From Eledone cirrhosa (lineage: Eukaryota), in the NCBI GenBank assembly GCA_964016885.1, contig OZ024744.1, positions 125,922,001 to 125,986,000 of the forward strand: a DNA stretch of 64,000 nucleotides. Reading direction: 5' to 3'. Positions within the stretch are counted from its first letter, which is position 1. Each line of letters begins with the position of its first letter. Positions 1 to 11,000 of the stretch are shown here, one piece after another. The notes below the pieces were generated by a model, which saw only the letters and a list, made by a program, of their open reading frames with translations, was not told the DNA's origin and ran no database searches. The translations under genes and the position numbers were made by a program.

Positions 1-802
1 TTTCGATTGCGCTTCCGTCGCGGCAAAAGAATTGCCTTTCCAGACCGCCGTCGCCCGACCGGACCCATGATAGAAGACGTTCGTTACCGTTGGAGCAACG
101 CAAATTACTCCTCGGTTGACGCCAAAAACGAACGCCTTCCCGCCTCGCGCCGCCTTCTCCTCGCCGACCCTCGGCCTCGACGATTAGCCACTTTCCGTCA
201 CAGCAGTAGATACGCGTCCGTCGTAATAGCCGTCATTTTAACGCAGGAGAAACGCCTAATTGCCCTGCACCGCGTTTGACGGCGATCTACGACGGCGACG
301 ATGCGCGCACTCTTCCTTGCTGCGACGAAGGTTTCGGCTTTTCGTCGTGGACCCGGTCAGGTCATGCCGCTGACCTCGCGTTACGGCGACGCGAGAAGAC
401 GTTCGTTACCGCTGGAGCAACGCAAATTACTCCTCGGTTGACGCCAAAAACGAACGCCTCGCGCCGCCGCTTCCTCCTCGGCCTCGACGATTAGCCGCTT
501 TCCGTCACAGCAGTAGATACGCGTCCATCGTAATAGCCGTCATTTTAACGCAGGAGAAACGCCTTGACGACGATATACGACGGGTCGACGACGCGCGCAC
601 TCTTTCTGCTGCGACGAAGGTTTTGGCTTTTCGTTGTGGACCCGGTCGGGTCATGCCTCTGACCTCGCGTTGCGTCGCCACCGCCGCGGCGGGCTTGGGT
701 TTAGCCGTAGCTACCCTCGTTTTGCCAACGGCGACGCGAGAAGACGTTCGTTACCGCTGGAGCAACGCAAATTACTCCTCGGATGAGGCCAAAAACGAAC
801 GC
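1..802 (+). repeat. Diverged copy of the rDNA spacer/5'ETS-like sequence found at 6904-7850 (no 18S follows)
   Basis: Shares GAAGACGTTCGTTACCG(C/T)TGGAGCAACGCAAATTACTCCTCGG...AAAAACGAACG (three copies, near 73, 395 and 741) and CGTCACAGCAGTAG...CGTAATAGCCGTCATTTTAA with 6904-7800; internal ~320-bp duplication; CpG-rich. Confidence 0.8.
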
Positions 803-845
803 TGAAGAGATATTGTCCATGGATATCGGGAATTTTACCCGCCCT

Positions 846-881
846 AGATAGATAGATAGATAGGGATGTATGTATGTATGT

Positions 882-923
<42 letters not shown>

Positions 924-975
924 GTATGTATCTTTCTCATTCTCTCTGTATGTATGTATGTATGTATATATATAT
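846..975. repeat. Compound microsatellite (GATA)n/(TATG)n/(CA)n/(TA)n
   Basis: Directly visible. Confidence 0.95.
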
Positions 976-1302
976 AATTATATATTTATAGACATCCTGA
1001 AAGCTTTTTAAATGTCTGAGAGATTGGCTAAATATGTTTTGCAGGTATGACCAGTAAGAGAGAGGTAAGTTATTTCAAAACAATTCTTTGACCATTATTT
1101 TAAGGTACTATCTCAGTGTATTTTTAAATTGACCTCTTGATAGGATGAAATGACCTGTATAATTTTTTTCATATTTAGATGGAATAGAAGAAAAACAAGA
1201 AAAATGAAATGAATTCAAACAGAAAATATACACCAATGCCAATGGAGGTATGATTTCAGTTTAATCTTAACCTAATGACCACTTTACAGAGTGTACTGGA
1301 TA

Positions 1303-1324
1303 TCTCTCTCTCTCTCTATCTCTC

Positions 1325-1369
<45 letters not shown>
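1303..1369. repeat. (CT)n microsatellite
   Basis: Directly visible. Confidence 0.95.
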
Positions 1370-1373
<4 letters not shown>

Positions 1374-1829
1374 AGGAAGCTCCAACCGTTAAGGTTGTCT
1401 TTCCATTTATTAATATATTGTGTATTTACTCCACTAAACTGTTGAGTGCTTTATATCAGTTATAAAAAAATTTCAGCTTGTTGAATCCCAAAATAGTTGT
1501 TGAAACAGCCACAGCTCAGCCGTCGGGGTCCTGAATATTTATCATATATATATACGTATGAGTGTGTGTGTTTTGAGAATTAATAATTATATAAACAAGT
1601 TTGTAATGAACAATTTATTTCTTATCAAAACTGTATAAACATGATATTATTTACAGTAAGAATAACAATAATAATGATGGTTTCTATTAAAGGTGGAAGG
1701 CCAGTAATTTGGGGGAGGGGAAAGTTGATTAAATCGAAGAGAGAAAGAAAGAAAAAACAGAACGGGAAGGAGAGGGGATGGCAAGAGGTCCGGTGTCGCA
1801 GGAGAGAGGGGAGGGTGGTTGAGCTTTGA

Positions 1830-2320
1830 GTCTAGGGCAAGAGGGCAGAAATGCTGCGCCCCACGGATAAGACGGCAAAAATATTCTCGCGGACGATGGC
1901 CAGAGATACCCAATGCAACAACCACCCAACCTCGCGGTGTTCCCTCCTCAGATGGGCTGCTGACTCTCCGATCTTTTGGAGGAGCTCGGCAGTACAAGGT
2001 CCAAGTACTCCTGGGGTCTCGACGTTGACTGGTGCAGAGAGGAAGTGGCCGGACAATCCTCGGTATTTGTTTATTTTACGTTCTTCTGCGAGGTGGGCTG
2101 CGATGCCGGGGTTTGTGACCGAAACGACTTGGAAACGAAGTTGTAGGCGGAGATTGTGTCGTAGCTGGTGGTGTCCCAGATGAGGGACCTACGTCCTTCG
2201 AATGGGAAGAGAGTGATTCCGTCGGGGCGCTTGCCATCTCCGGGACCTGTTGGCCCCAGTTGTGATGGGAAGCCAGCTGCGTCCAGGCTTCTTCTCAATA
2301 TGTCGTTGACAACGACGTGT
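1830..2320 (-). mobile_element. CRE-clade non-LTR retrotransposon 3' fragment (restriction-like endonuclease domain), frameshifted
   Basis: Minus-strand translation HVVVNDILRRSLDAAGFPSQL..GDGKRPDGITLFPFEGRRSLIWDTT, then PVNVETPGVLGP and VSLAIVRENIFAVL; matches the RHxxxND..DGKRPDG..WD..VETLG.WG..SIAIQRGN pattern of CRE RLE domains. Confidence 0.8.
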
Positions 2321-2679
2321 ATCTATTCAATAATTATTTGAATATTGAAATTTTAGGTTTAACTACCTTTTAAACCAAATACATTAAGAAAGGCATGACC
2401 AACACCACATCATTTTTATTTCTATTTTGAAAGTAGGTTTATAAGTATTAAATTTCAGTAGATTCTTATATCCTTCATGGTGGTCTGGTGGGAGATACGA
2501 GAGATGGTGGAGGTTCTGGTCTGGGGTTCAATCCTGCTCAGGAGATACTCTAAGGGGGTTCATACTAAACTTCTTCAGTGTTTCTTATCTCTAGAGACAA
2601 ATATATATACATAAGGTAATCTGGTAAAGTTGTTAGAACATCACATAGAATTCTTTGTAGTATTTTTTCCAGTTCTTCA

Positions 2680-2747
2680 ATCTGAGTTCAACTTTACTTT
2701 TCTTCCATTCGGGGTTGATAATAACGTACCAGTCAAATACTAGGGGT
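2680..2747 (+). mobile_element. Decayed SINE fragment (same family as 62283-62392)
   Basis: CTGAGTTCAACTTTACTTTTCTTCCATTCGGGGTTGATAA..GTACCAGT..TACTAGGGG aligns by eye to 62283-62392. Confidence 0.6.
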
Positions 2748-2865
2748 TAATTCTTCCTCTATATCTCTTTCTCACTCTCTGTCTGTTTTATTAAGACCTG
2801 GAGAGGTGATGTACTCTACCAGGTTTTATAATGAGTGATGGGGTCATACCTGCCTGCTACACCTC

Positions 2866-3187
2866 TGTGTACTAAGTGTAGCATATTATATCCTTGTTCA
2901 GGGCCTTCCTGACATTACTGTGTACTAAGGGTAGCATTTTATATCCTTGTTCAGGGCCATCTTAACATTGCTGTGTACTAAGTGTAGCATATTATATCCT
3001 TGTTCGGGGCCTTCCTGACATTAGTGTGTACTGAGTGTAGATTTTAACATCCTTGTTCTGGGCCTTCCTAACATTACTGTGTACTGAGTGTAGATTTTAA
3101 CATCTTTGTTCAGAGCCTTCCTTACATTACTGTGTACTAAGTGTAGCATTTCATATACTTGTTCTGGGCCTTCCTAACGTTACTGTG
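2866..3187. repeat. Minisatellite, ~53-bp unit, ~6 copies
   Basis: TGTGTACTAAGTGTAGCATATTATATCCTTGTTCAGGGCCTTCCTGACATTAC in tandem. Confidence 0.9.
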
Positions 3188-3189
3188 GA

Positions 3190-3960
3190 AATAGTAGTTT
3201 ATATCCAATATGTAATATAGATATGGATTCTACAGGACTAAAACTCATTAATATGAGGGGTATTAGTAGATTATATGCCATATTTAATAGAGAAATGGCT
3301 TCTACAAGACTAAAACTCATTAATATGAGGGGTATTACAGTTTATATGCCATATTTAATACAGAAATGGCTTCTAAAGGACTAGAACTCTTTAAATTGAA
3401 TAAAATAGTAGTATATATCCTATGTTTAATACAGAAATGCCTTCTAAAGGACTCATTAATATGAGGGTATTAGTAGATTATATAACATATTTAATACAGA
3501 AATGGCTTTTAAATTCAGGGACTCGTTAATTTGATGGAAATAGTAGTGTCTATGCAATATTTAATACAGAAATAGCTTCTACAGGACTAAAACTAATTAA
3601 TATGAGGGGTATTAGTAGTATATGTGCCATATTTAATACAGAGATGGCTTCTAAATGGAGGTATCTCATTAATTCGATTGAAATGGTAGTGTATATGCAA
3701 TATTTAATACAGAAATAGCTTCTACAAGAATAAAACTCATTAATATGAAGGTTATTATTACATTATATGCCATATTTAATACAGAAATCGGTTCTAAAGG
3801 ACTAGAACTCTTTAATTCAAATCAAATAGTAGTATAAAGCAATATTTACTACAGAAATGGCTTCTACAAGACTAAAAATCCTTAATATGAGGGGTATTGT
3901 TAGATTATATACCATATTTAATACAGAAATGGCTTCTAAATGAAGAAATCTCTTTAATTC
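3190..3960. repeat. AT-rich minisatellite, ~71-bp unit, ~10-11 diverged copies
   Basis: Recurrent ATATTTAATACAGAAATGGCTTCTA..GACTAAAACTCATTAATATGAGGGGTATTA at ~71-bp spacing. Confidence 0.9.
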
Positions 3961-4619
3961 GATAGTAATAGTAATAATAATAATAGTAATAGTAATAATA
4001 CAGCCAATTTTCCACGCAATACTTTTAGTTAGCACCCCAAACGCATAATTGGGAATATAATCACTTATTTCCTAATGTTTGTTGAGTGAGTTGGGAAAAA
4101 AAACTTGGGAAATATATTTTCAGGGTCTCAAAATCTTAAAGAGAAAAAAAAGTCCTGTGGAAGGTAGCAAAACAATTAGGAAGAAAATGGTTTGAAGTTG
4201 GTTGGTGAGTATAAGATTACAGTATCTTGTTGATTTCTATAAAGTTTACTTTTAACTGAATTGGTAAAAATGGATAAATTAGAAGACACAATATAATAAC
4301 TAATATTGTCTTCTAAAACAGGGAATAAAAATATGTTGGTGTATTGGGGGGGGGGGGGGGTAAACATGTGAGTTAATGGGAATGTTTTTGTTTGTTTTTA
4401 TTGAAACATATTCAATCTACAGATAGGTTGTTATAGTTATTTAGTCTCGGGTCTGCCATTATCTGCAGATTTATAATTGAGGGGTGTTCCAGGTGTGACC
4501 ACCCTACATTATTCCTAGAGATTGTTACTCCTTCATTCTTCAGTCATCTTGGTCTTCTTATGAGATGGTGGTGTAGTCTTATTTATTGTTAAGGTTATGG
4601 TCTTCCTTTGTCCACACTC

Positions 4620-4656
<37 letters not shown>
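4620..4656. repeat. (CTAT)n microsatellite
   Basis: Directly visible. Confidence 0.95.
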
Positions 4657-4657
<1 letters not shown>

Positions 4658-4894
4658 AAAGGCTTCCTTCTCTGGAAAAAGATGATTTAATATTCACAAC
4701 CATCTGTCTAATTGTTTTCTGATGAGAATAAAGTTAATCTTGCTTGTATGTCTACCTGATCAAATGACTGGCTGATATCTTGAAGTCATTTACACCACAG
4801 AACTGTAGGAGTCTTGATCCCTCAAGCCATACCTCTAGCCATCATGTACTCCAAAAGAGTCTCACCTTGGTGCTACTCAACATGTCCATTAAAT

Positions 4895-5690
4895 TTAGCA
4901 GCAAGGATGCCCTCTTCTTAGTGAGAGACAACTACAAGAGAGGTTCTTAGAGAAGAATAAGCCACTATAGTTAACTTTTGTTGACATAGAGAACCCCGAT
5001 CTGTCATCTGGTGGTCCTTAAGGAAACTAGGTGTAGGGGAATGGCTTGTGAGGACAGTGCAAGCTATGTACAAGGGTGCTGTCAGTAAAGTGAGAGGAGG
5101 AATTCCAGAAACAAAGTAGGTGTACATCAGGGTTCGGTCCTCAGTCCGCTCTTGTTCATTATAGTCCTCCCTCCCTCCCTCCCTCCCTCCCTCCCTCCAA
5201 GCCATAACAGAGGAGGAGTAGTTTAAGACTGGATGCCCATGGGAACTTCTCTATGCTGACGATCTGGTTCTTATAGCAGAATCAGTAGAGGAGCTAGCTA
5301 GAGAATAAATTCTGGCTATGGAAACAGCAGTAGTTGGAATCAAGAAGACTGAGAGTGAACCTAGCTAAGACAAAAGTGTTTATAAGTAGAAGAGAGGACA
5401 AAACTCTGATTCTGTCAGGGAAATGGCCATGTTCGATATGTAGGAAAGGAGTTGGCATAAATTCTATGAAATGTAGTACGCAATGCAGATCTTGGCTACA
5501 CAAGAGATGTAGTGGGATAGCAGGAAAACTGACTGACAGGTAGGGAGAAATACGTATGCAGTAGATGTACAGGGAAATTTGACAGAGATTGCAGTGATAG
5601 ACACATTTTTCAAATGCAGGTGGGATCTATAGAGGGAGTTGATAGCTTCTGATACCTAGGTGATCAGATTAGTAAGGGAGGAGGGTGATA
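4895..5690 (+). mobile_element. Decayed RTE-type LINE, reverse transcriptase region
   Basis: Interrupted translation QLQERFLEKNKPL*LTFVD..VIWWSLRKLGVGEWLVRTVQAMY..VGVHQGSVLSPLLFIIVL..CPWELLYADDLVLIAES..LRVNLAKTKV..KWPCSICRKGVGINS; stops, frameshifts and a (CCCT)n insertion at ~5167-5198. Confidence 0.9.
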
Positions 5691-5748
5691 TAAAATATAT
5701 TGTTATCATGACTGTCTTTATTATTTAAATTACCTCTGTCTATTTACA

Positions 5749-5893
5749 GATTTTACAGAGTGTACTGGGTGCTTTTATGATGGGAGCAGCAACTCTATAC
5801 GATTTTACAGAGTGTACTTGGTGCTTTTATCATGGCACATGGCAGCAGCAGCAGCAGCAACTACGATTTTACAGAGTGTACTTGGTGCTTTTT
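5749..5893. repeat. Three tandem copies of GATTTTACAGAGTGTACT(G/T)GGTGCTTTT (repeat-family fragment)
   Basis: Reverse complement resembles the AAAAGCACCCAGTCCAC(A/T)CTGTAAA unit at 61620-62202; related fragments near 1283 and 56640. Confidence 0.7.
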
Positions 5894-6099
5894 ACTCTGA
5901 CATCAGCACTGAGGAAGTTGTCATATTTTCAGCTAAATTAATGAGTAGAAAAACCAAGTTTCTGCTACAAAAAATTCTCAGATTCAAGGGAGACATTCAG
6001 TTTAAGTATGGTATACTGTCACTAAGGCAGCAAATTGGCAGAGTCGCTAGAATATCAGATAGCATTCTTTACATTATTTGTTTCAGCTCTCTGTTCTCT

Positions 6100-6185
6100 C
6101 AATTCAAATCCTGCTCAGGTCAACTTTGCCTTTCATCCATACAAAATAGATTAATAAAAGTACCAGTGTATTACTGGGGTCAATT
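6100..6185 (+). mobile_element. SINE fragment
   Basis: TTCAAATCC..AGGTCAACTTTGCCTTTCATCC..AAAGTACCAGTGTATTACTGGGGTC matches 62283-62392. Confidence 0.75.
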
Positions 6186-6216
6186 CTTCTTCTAACTCTT
6201 CTGCACTTCCATTCTC

Positions 6217-6257
<41 letters not shown>

Positions 6258-6519
6258 GCTTCTTTAGAACACATCTGCTGTATTCAGACCTGGAGCGGAG
6301 ATGGGCTCCACCAAGTTTTAAAAATTGCCCTTTAAGCGCTGTATGTCAATATGGTGCCCCTATGATTCCCTCCCTCAGGAGTTATGGGACCATAGATACT
6401 GTCAATTGTAAAGAATAACAGAGATATTCAGTGCTAGTGTGGTGTTCTGTCAGTTGTGGAGATTGATGAATCTAAACAGAAATATCAACAGCACTTTTCA
6501 TTTCTGAGTAACACATTTG

Positions 6520-6685
6520 TTACCAAGTGCTGCATGGCTGGAATGAAAATCAGTGCTGTGAAAACCAAGACATTCATCCTCTCAAGGAAGCTTGTGCAGT
6601 GCACTCTACATGTAAATGGAGTCCCACTGAAGCAGGTAGAAAAGTTCATGTATCTCGAAGCTGTGTTCACGAGTGATGACAGAGA
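6520..6685 (+). mobile_element. RTE-clade (Rex3/Expander-like) LINE RT C-terminal fragment
   Basis: GMKISAVKTKTFILSRKLVQCTLHVNGVPLKQVEKFMYLEAVFTSD resembles the GMKIS..K..L.QV..FKYLG..FTS motif. Confidence 0.75.
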
Positions 6686-6820
6686 CGGCAAAGGCACAAC
6701 ACACAACAGAAGAAAAGAACAATGACAATTATTATTATTATTATTATTATTATTATTTGTTTTATTAGTTTTATTATAATAAAAATTGTGCTGTTAGTTT
6801 GCTTGCTATACCATCATGTA

Positions 6821-6907
6821 CCCTAACCCTAAACCTAACCCCAACTCCAACTCTGACCCTAAACCTAACCCCAACCCCAACCCTAACCCTAACCCTAACC
6901 CTAACCC
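6821..6907 (-). repeat. Interstitial telomeric tract, ~14.5 hexamers of CCCTAA and variants (TTAGGG on the minus strand)
   Basis: ccctaa ccctaa acctaa ccccaa ctccaa ctctga ccctaa acctaa ccccaa ccccaa (ccctaa)4 ccc, all in hexamer register. Confidence 0.9.
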
Positions 6908-7492
6908 ACGATAGAAGACGTTCGTTACCGCTGGAGCAACGCAAATTACTCCTCGGTTGACGCCAAAAACGAACGCCTTCTCGACGGCTAGCCGCATTTC
7001 GTGATCCGCCTTTCGATTGCGCTTCCGTCGCGGAAAAAGAATTGCCTTTATAGGCCGCCGCCGCCCGACCGGACCCACGATAGAAGACGTTCGTTACCGC
7101 TGGAGCAACGCAAATTACTCCTCGGTTGACGCCAAAAACGAACGCCTTCTCGACGGCTAGCCGCATTTCGTGATCCGCCTTTCGATTGCGCTTCCGTCGC
7201 GGAAAAAGAATTGCCTTTATAGGCCGCCGCCGCCGCCCGACCGGACCCACGATAGAAGACGTTCGTTACCGCTGGAGCAACGCAAATTACTCCTCGGTTG
7301 ACGCCAAAAACGAACGCCTTCTCGACGGCTAGCCGCATTTCGTGATCCGCCTTTCGATTGCGCTTCCGTCGCGGAAAAAGAATTGCCTTTATAGGCCGCC
7401 GCCGCCGCCCGACCGGACCCACGATAGAAGACGTTCGTTACCGCTGGAGCAACGCAAATTACTCCTCGGTTGACGCCAAAAACGAACGCCTT
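6904..7492 (+). repeat. Tandem 169/172/172-bp repeats plus a partial fourth copy; rDNA spacer subrepeat-like
   Basis: ACCCACGATAG recurs at 6904, 7073, 7245 and 7417; copies appear identical except for one GCC triplet; located directly upstream of the 18S 5' end. Confidence 0.9.
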
Positions 7493-7850
7493 CCGGTTCG
7501 GGCGACGTAAAAGTCTGTAGCCTTTTCGCCGATCCTCGACGATTATCCGCCTTCCGAACAACCGCCTTTCCGCCGTCACAGCAGTAGGTACTCGTCCGTC
7601 GTAATAGCCGTCATTTTAATGCAGGAGAAACGCCTAAATGCACTGCGATTGACGACGATCTACGACGCGCTTACTCTTCCTTGCTGCGACGAAGGTTTCG
7701 TTCGGCTTTTCGTCGTGGACCCGGTCAGGTCATGCCGCTGATCTCGCGTTGCGTCGTTACCGCTGGAGCAACGCAAATTACTCCTCGTTTAACGCCAACA
7801 TCGAACGCGCTTCGGTTCTCGGTCGTCGTTGTTTTGTTTCGTGCGGAAGA
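7493..7850 (+). other. 5' external transcribed spacer-like sequence
   Basis: CpG-rich, lies between the spacer repeats and the 18S start, homologous to 180-670; the assignment is positional. Confidence 0.6.
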
Positions 7851-8035
7851 TACCTGGGTGATCCTGCCAGTAGTCATATGCTTGTCTCAAAGCTTAAGCC
7901 ATGCAAGTGGAAGTTCATGCCGTAAACGAAAATGGTGAAACCGCGAATGGCTCAGGAACCGGATCTAATCCTCGGGACCGTATTCCTCACCGCGAGGAGA
8001 GGATAACTGTGGCAATTCTAGAGCTAATACATGCA
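7851..8035 (+). pseudogene. 18S rRNA 5' fragment (~185 nt), divergent and truncated
   Basis: TACCTGGGTGATCCTGCCAGTAGTCATATGCTTGTCTCAAAGCTTAAGCCATGCA, GGTGAAACCGCGAATGGCTCA and GGATAACTGTGGCAATTCTAGAGCTAATACATGC in canonical order. Confidence 0.95.
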
Positions 8036-8043
8036 ATTGAGAT

Positions 8044-11000
8044 CGGAGAGGGAGCGATCCGTCTGCTTGATTCCGATAACGAACGAGACATTCGTATCCG
8101 AAAGAACGTTTGTCTGGAAACTGGTGCAGTCAGTGAGTCGAAAAAAAAATATCTCGGTGGTAGTAGCAAATATTCGAACGAGACATTCGTATCCGAAAGA
8201 ACGTTTGTCTGGAAACTGGTGAGTCAGTGAGTCGAAAAAAAAAATATCTCGGTGGTAGTAGCAAATATTCGAACGAGACATTCGTATGCGAAAGAAAAAT
8301 ATCTCGGTGGTAGTAGCAAATATTCGAACGAGACATTCGTATGCGAAAGAACGTTTGTCTGGAAGTGGCGATCCATGCCCGGTGGATAGTTGGTTCCGGG
8401 TTTTACTATGATTGTTGCAAAACAGAAACTTAAAGGGATTGACAGAATTTGCGATTCCGGAGAGGGGGCGATCCGTCTGCTTGATTCCGATAACGAACGA
8501 GACATTCGTATCCGAAAGAACGTTTGTCTGGAAACTGGTGAGTCAGTGAGTCGAAAAAAAAATATCTCGGTGGTAGTAGCAAATATTCGAACGAGACATT
8601 CGTATGCGAAAGAAAAATATCTCGGTGGTAGTAGCAAATATTCGAACGAGACATTCGTATGCGAAAGAACGTTTGTCTGGAAGTGGCGATCCATGCCCGG
8701 TGGATAGTTGGTTCCGGGTTTTACTATGATTGTTGCAAAACAGAAACTTAAAGGGATTGACAGGATTTGCGATTCCGGAGAGGGGGCGATCCGTCTGCTT
8801 GATTCCGATAACGAACGAGACATTCGTATCCGAAAGAACGTTTGTCTGGAAACTGGTGAGTCAGTGAGTCGAAAAAAAAATATCTCGGTGGTAGTAGCAA
8901 ATATTCGAACGAGACATTCGTATGCGAAAGAACGTTTGTCGGTGGTAGTAGCAAATATTCGAACGAGACATTCGTATGCGAAAGAACGTTTGTCTGGAAG
9001 TGGCGATCCATGCCCGGTGGATAGTTGGTTCCGGGTTTTACTATGATTGTTGCAAAACAGAAACTTAAAGGGATTGACAGAATTTGCGATTCCGGAGAGG
9101 GGGCGATCCGTCTGCTTGATTCCGATAACGAACGAGACATTCGTATCCGAAAGAACGTTTGTCTGGAAACTGGTGAGTCAGTGAGTCGAAAAAAAAAATA
9201 TCTCGGTGGTAGTAGCAAATATTCGAACGAGACATTCGTATGCGAAAGAACGTTTGTCGGTGGTAGTAGCAAATATTCGAACGAGACATTCGTATGCGAA
9301 AGAACGTTTGTCTGGAAGTGGCGATCCATGCCCGGTGGATAGTTGGTTCCGGGTTTTACTATGATTGTTGCAAAACAGAAACTTAAAGGGATTGACAGAA
9401 TTTGCGATTCCGGAGAGGGGGCGATCCGTCTGCTTGATTCCGATAACGAACGAGACATTCGTATCCGAAAGAACGTTTGTCTGGAAACTGGTGAGTCAGT
9501 GAGTCGAAAAAAAAAATATCTCGGTGGTAGTAGCAAATATTCGAACGAGACATTCGTATGCGAAAGAAAAATATCTCGGTGGTAGTAGCAAATATTCGAA
9601 CGAGACATTCGTATGCGAAAGAACGTTTGTCTGGAAGTGGCGATCCATGCCCGGTGGATAGTTGGTTCCGGGTTTTACTATGATTGTTGCAAAACAGAAA
9701 CTTAAAGGGATTGACAGAATTTGCGATTCCGGAGAGGGGGCGATCCGTCTGCTTGATTCCGATAACGAACGAGACATTCGTATCCGAAAGAACGTTTGTC
9801 TGGAAACTGGTGAGTCAGTGAGTCGAAAAAAAAAATATCTCGGTGGTAGTAGCAAATATTCGAACGAGACATTCGTATGCGAAAGAACGTTTGTCGGTGG
9901 TAGTAGCAAATATTCGAACGAGACATTCGTATGCGAAAGAACGTTTGTCGGTGGTAGTAGCAAATATTCGAACGAGACATTCGTATGCGAAAGAACGTTT
10001 GTCTGGAAGTGGCGATCCATGCCCGGTGGATAGTTGGTTCCGGGTTTTACTATGATTGTTGCAAAACAGAAACTTAAAGGGATTGACAGAATTTGCGATT
10101 CCGGAGAGAGGGCGATCCGTCTGCTTGATTCCGATAACGAACGAGACATTCGTATCCGAGAGAACGTTTGTCTGGAAACTGGTGAGTCAGTGAGTCGAAA
10201 AAAAAATATCTCGGTGGTAGTAGCAAATATTCGAACGAGACATTCGTATGCGAAAGAAAAATATCTCGGTGGTAGTAGCAAATATTCGAACGAGACATTC
10301 TTATGCGAAAGAACGTTTGTCTGGAAGTGGCGATCCATGCCCGGTGGATAGTTGGTTCCGGGTTTTACTATGATTGTTGCAAAACAGAAACTTAAAGGGA
10401 TTGACAGAATTTGCCATTCCGGAGAGGGGGCGATCCGTCTGCTTGATTCCGATAACGAACGAGACATTCGTATCCGAAAGAACGTTTGTCTGGAAACTGG
10501 TGCAGTCAGTGAGTCGAAAAAAAAATATCTCGGTGGTAGTAGCAAATATTCGAACGAGACATTCGTATGCGAAAGAACGTTTGTCGGTGGTAGTAGCAAA
10601 TATTCGAACGAGACATTCGTATGCGAAAGAACGTTTGTCTGGAAGTGGCGATCCATGCCCGGTGGATAGTTGGTTCCGGGTTTTACTATGATTGTTGCAA
10701 AACAGAAACTTAAAGGGATTGACAGAATTTGCGATTCCGGAGAGGGGGCGATCCGTCTGCTTGATTCCGATAACGAACGAGACATTCGTATCCGAAAGAA
10801 CGTTTGTCTGGAAACTGGTGAGTCAGTGAGTCGAAAAAAAAAATATCTCGGTGGTAGTAGCAAATATTCGAACGAGACATTCGTATGCGAAAGAACGTTT
10901 GTCGGTGGTAGTAGCAAATATTCGAACGAGACATTCGTATGCGAAAGAACGTTTGTCTGGAAGTGGCGATCCATGCCCGGTGGATAGTTGGTTCCGGGTT

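Noticed and set aside
6774-7579. Minus-strand MGPVGRRR ORFs
   Set aside because: Products of the 172-bp repeat and the telomeric tract (LGLGLG/VRVRVR runs).
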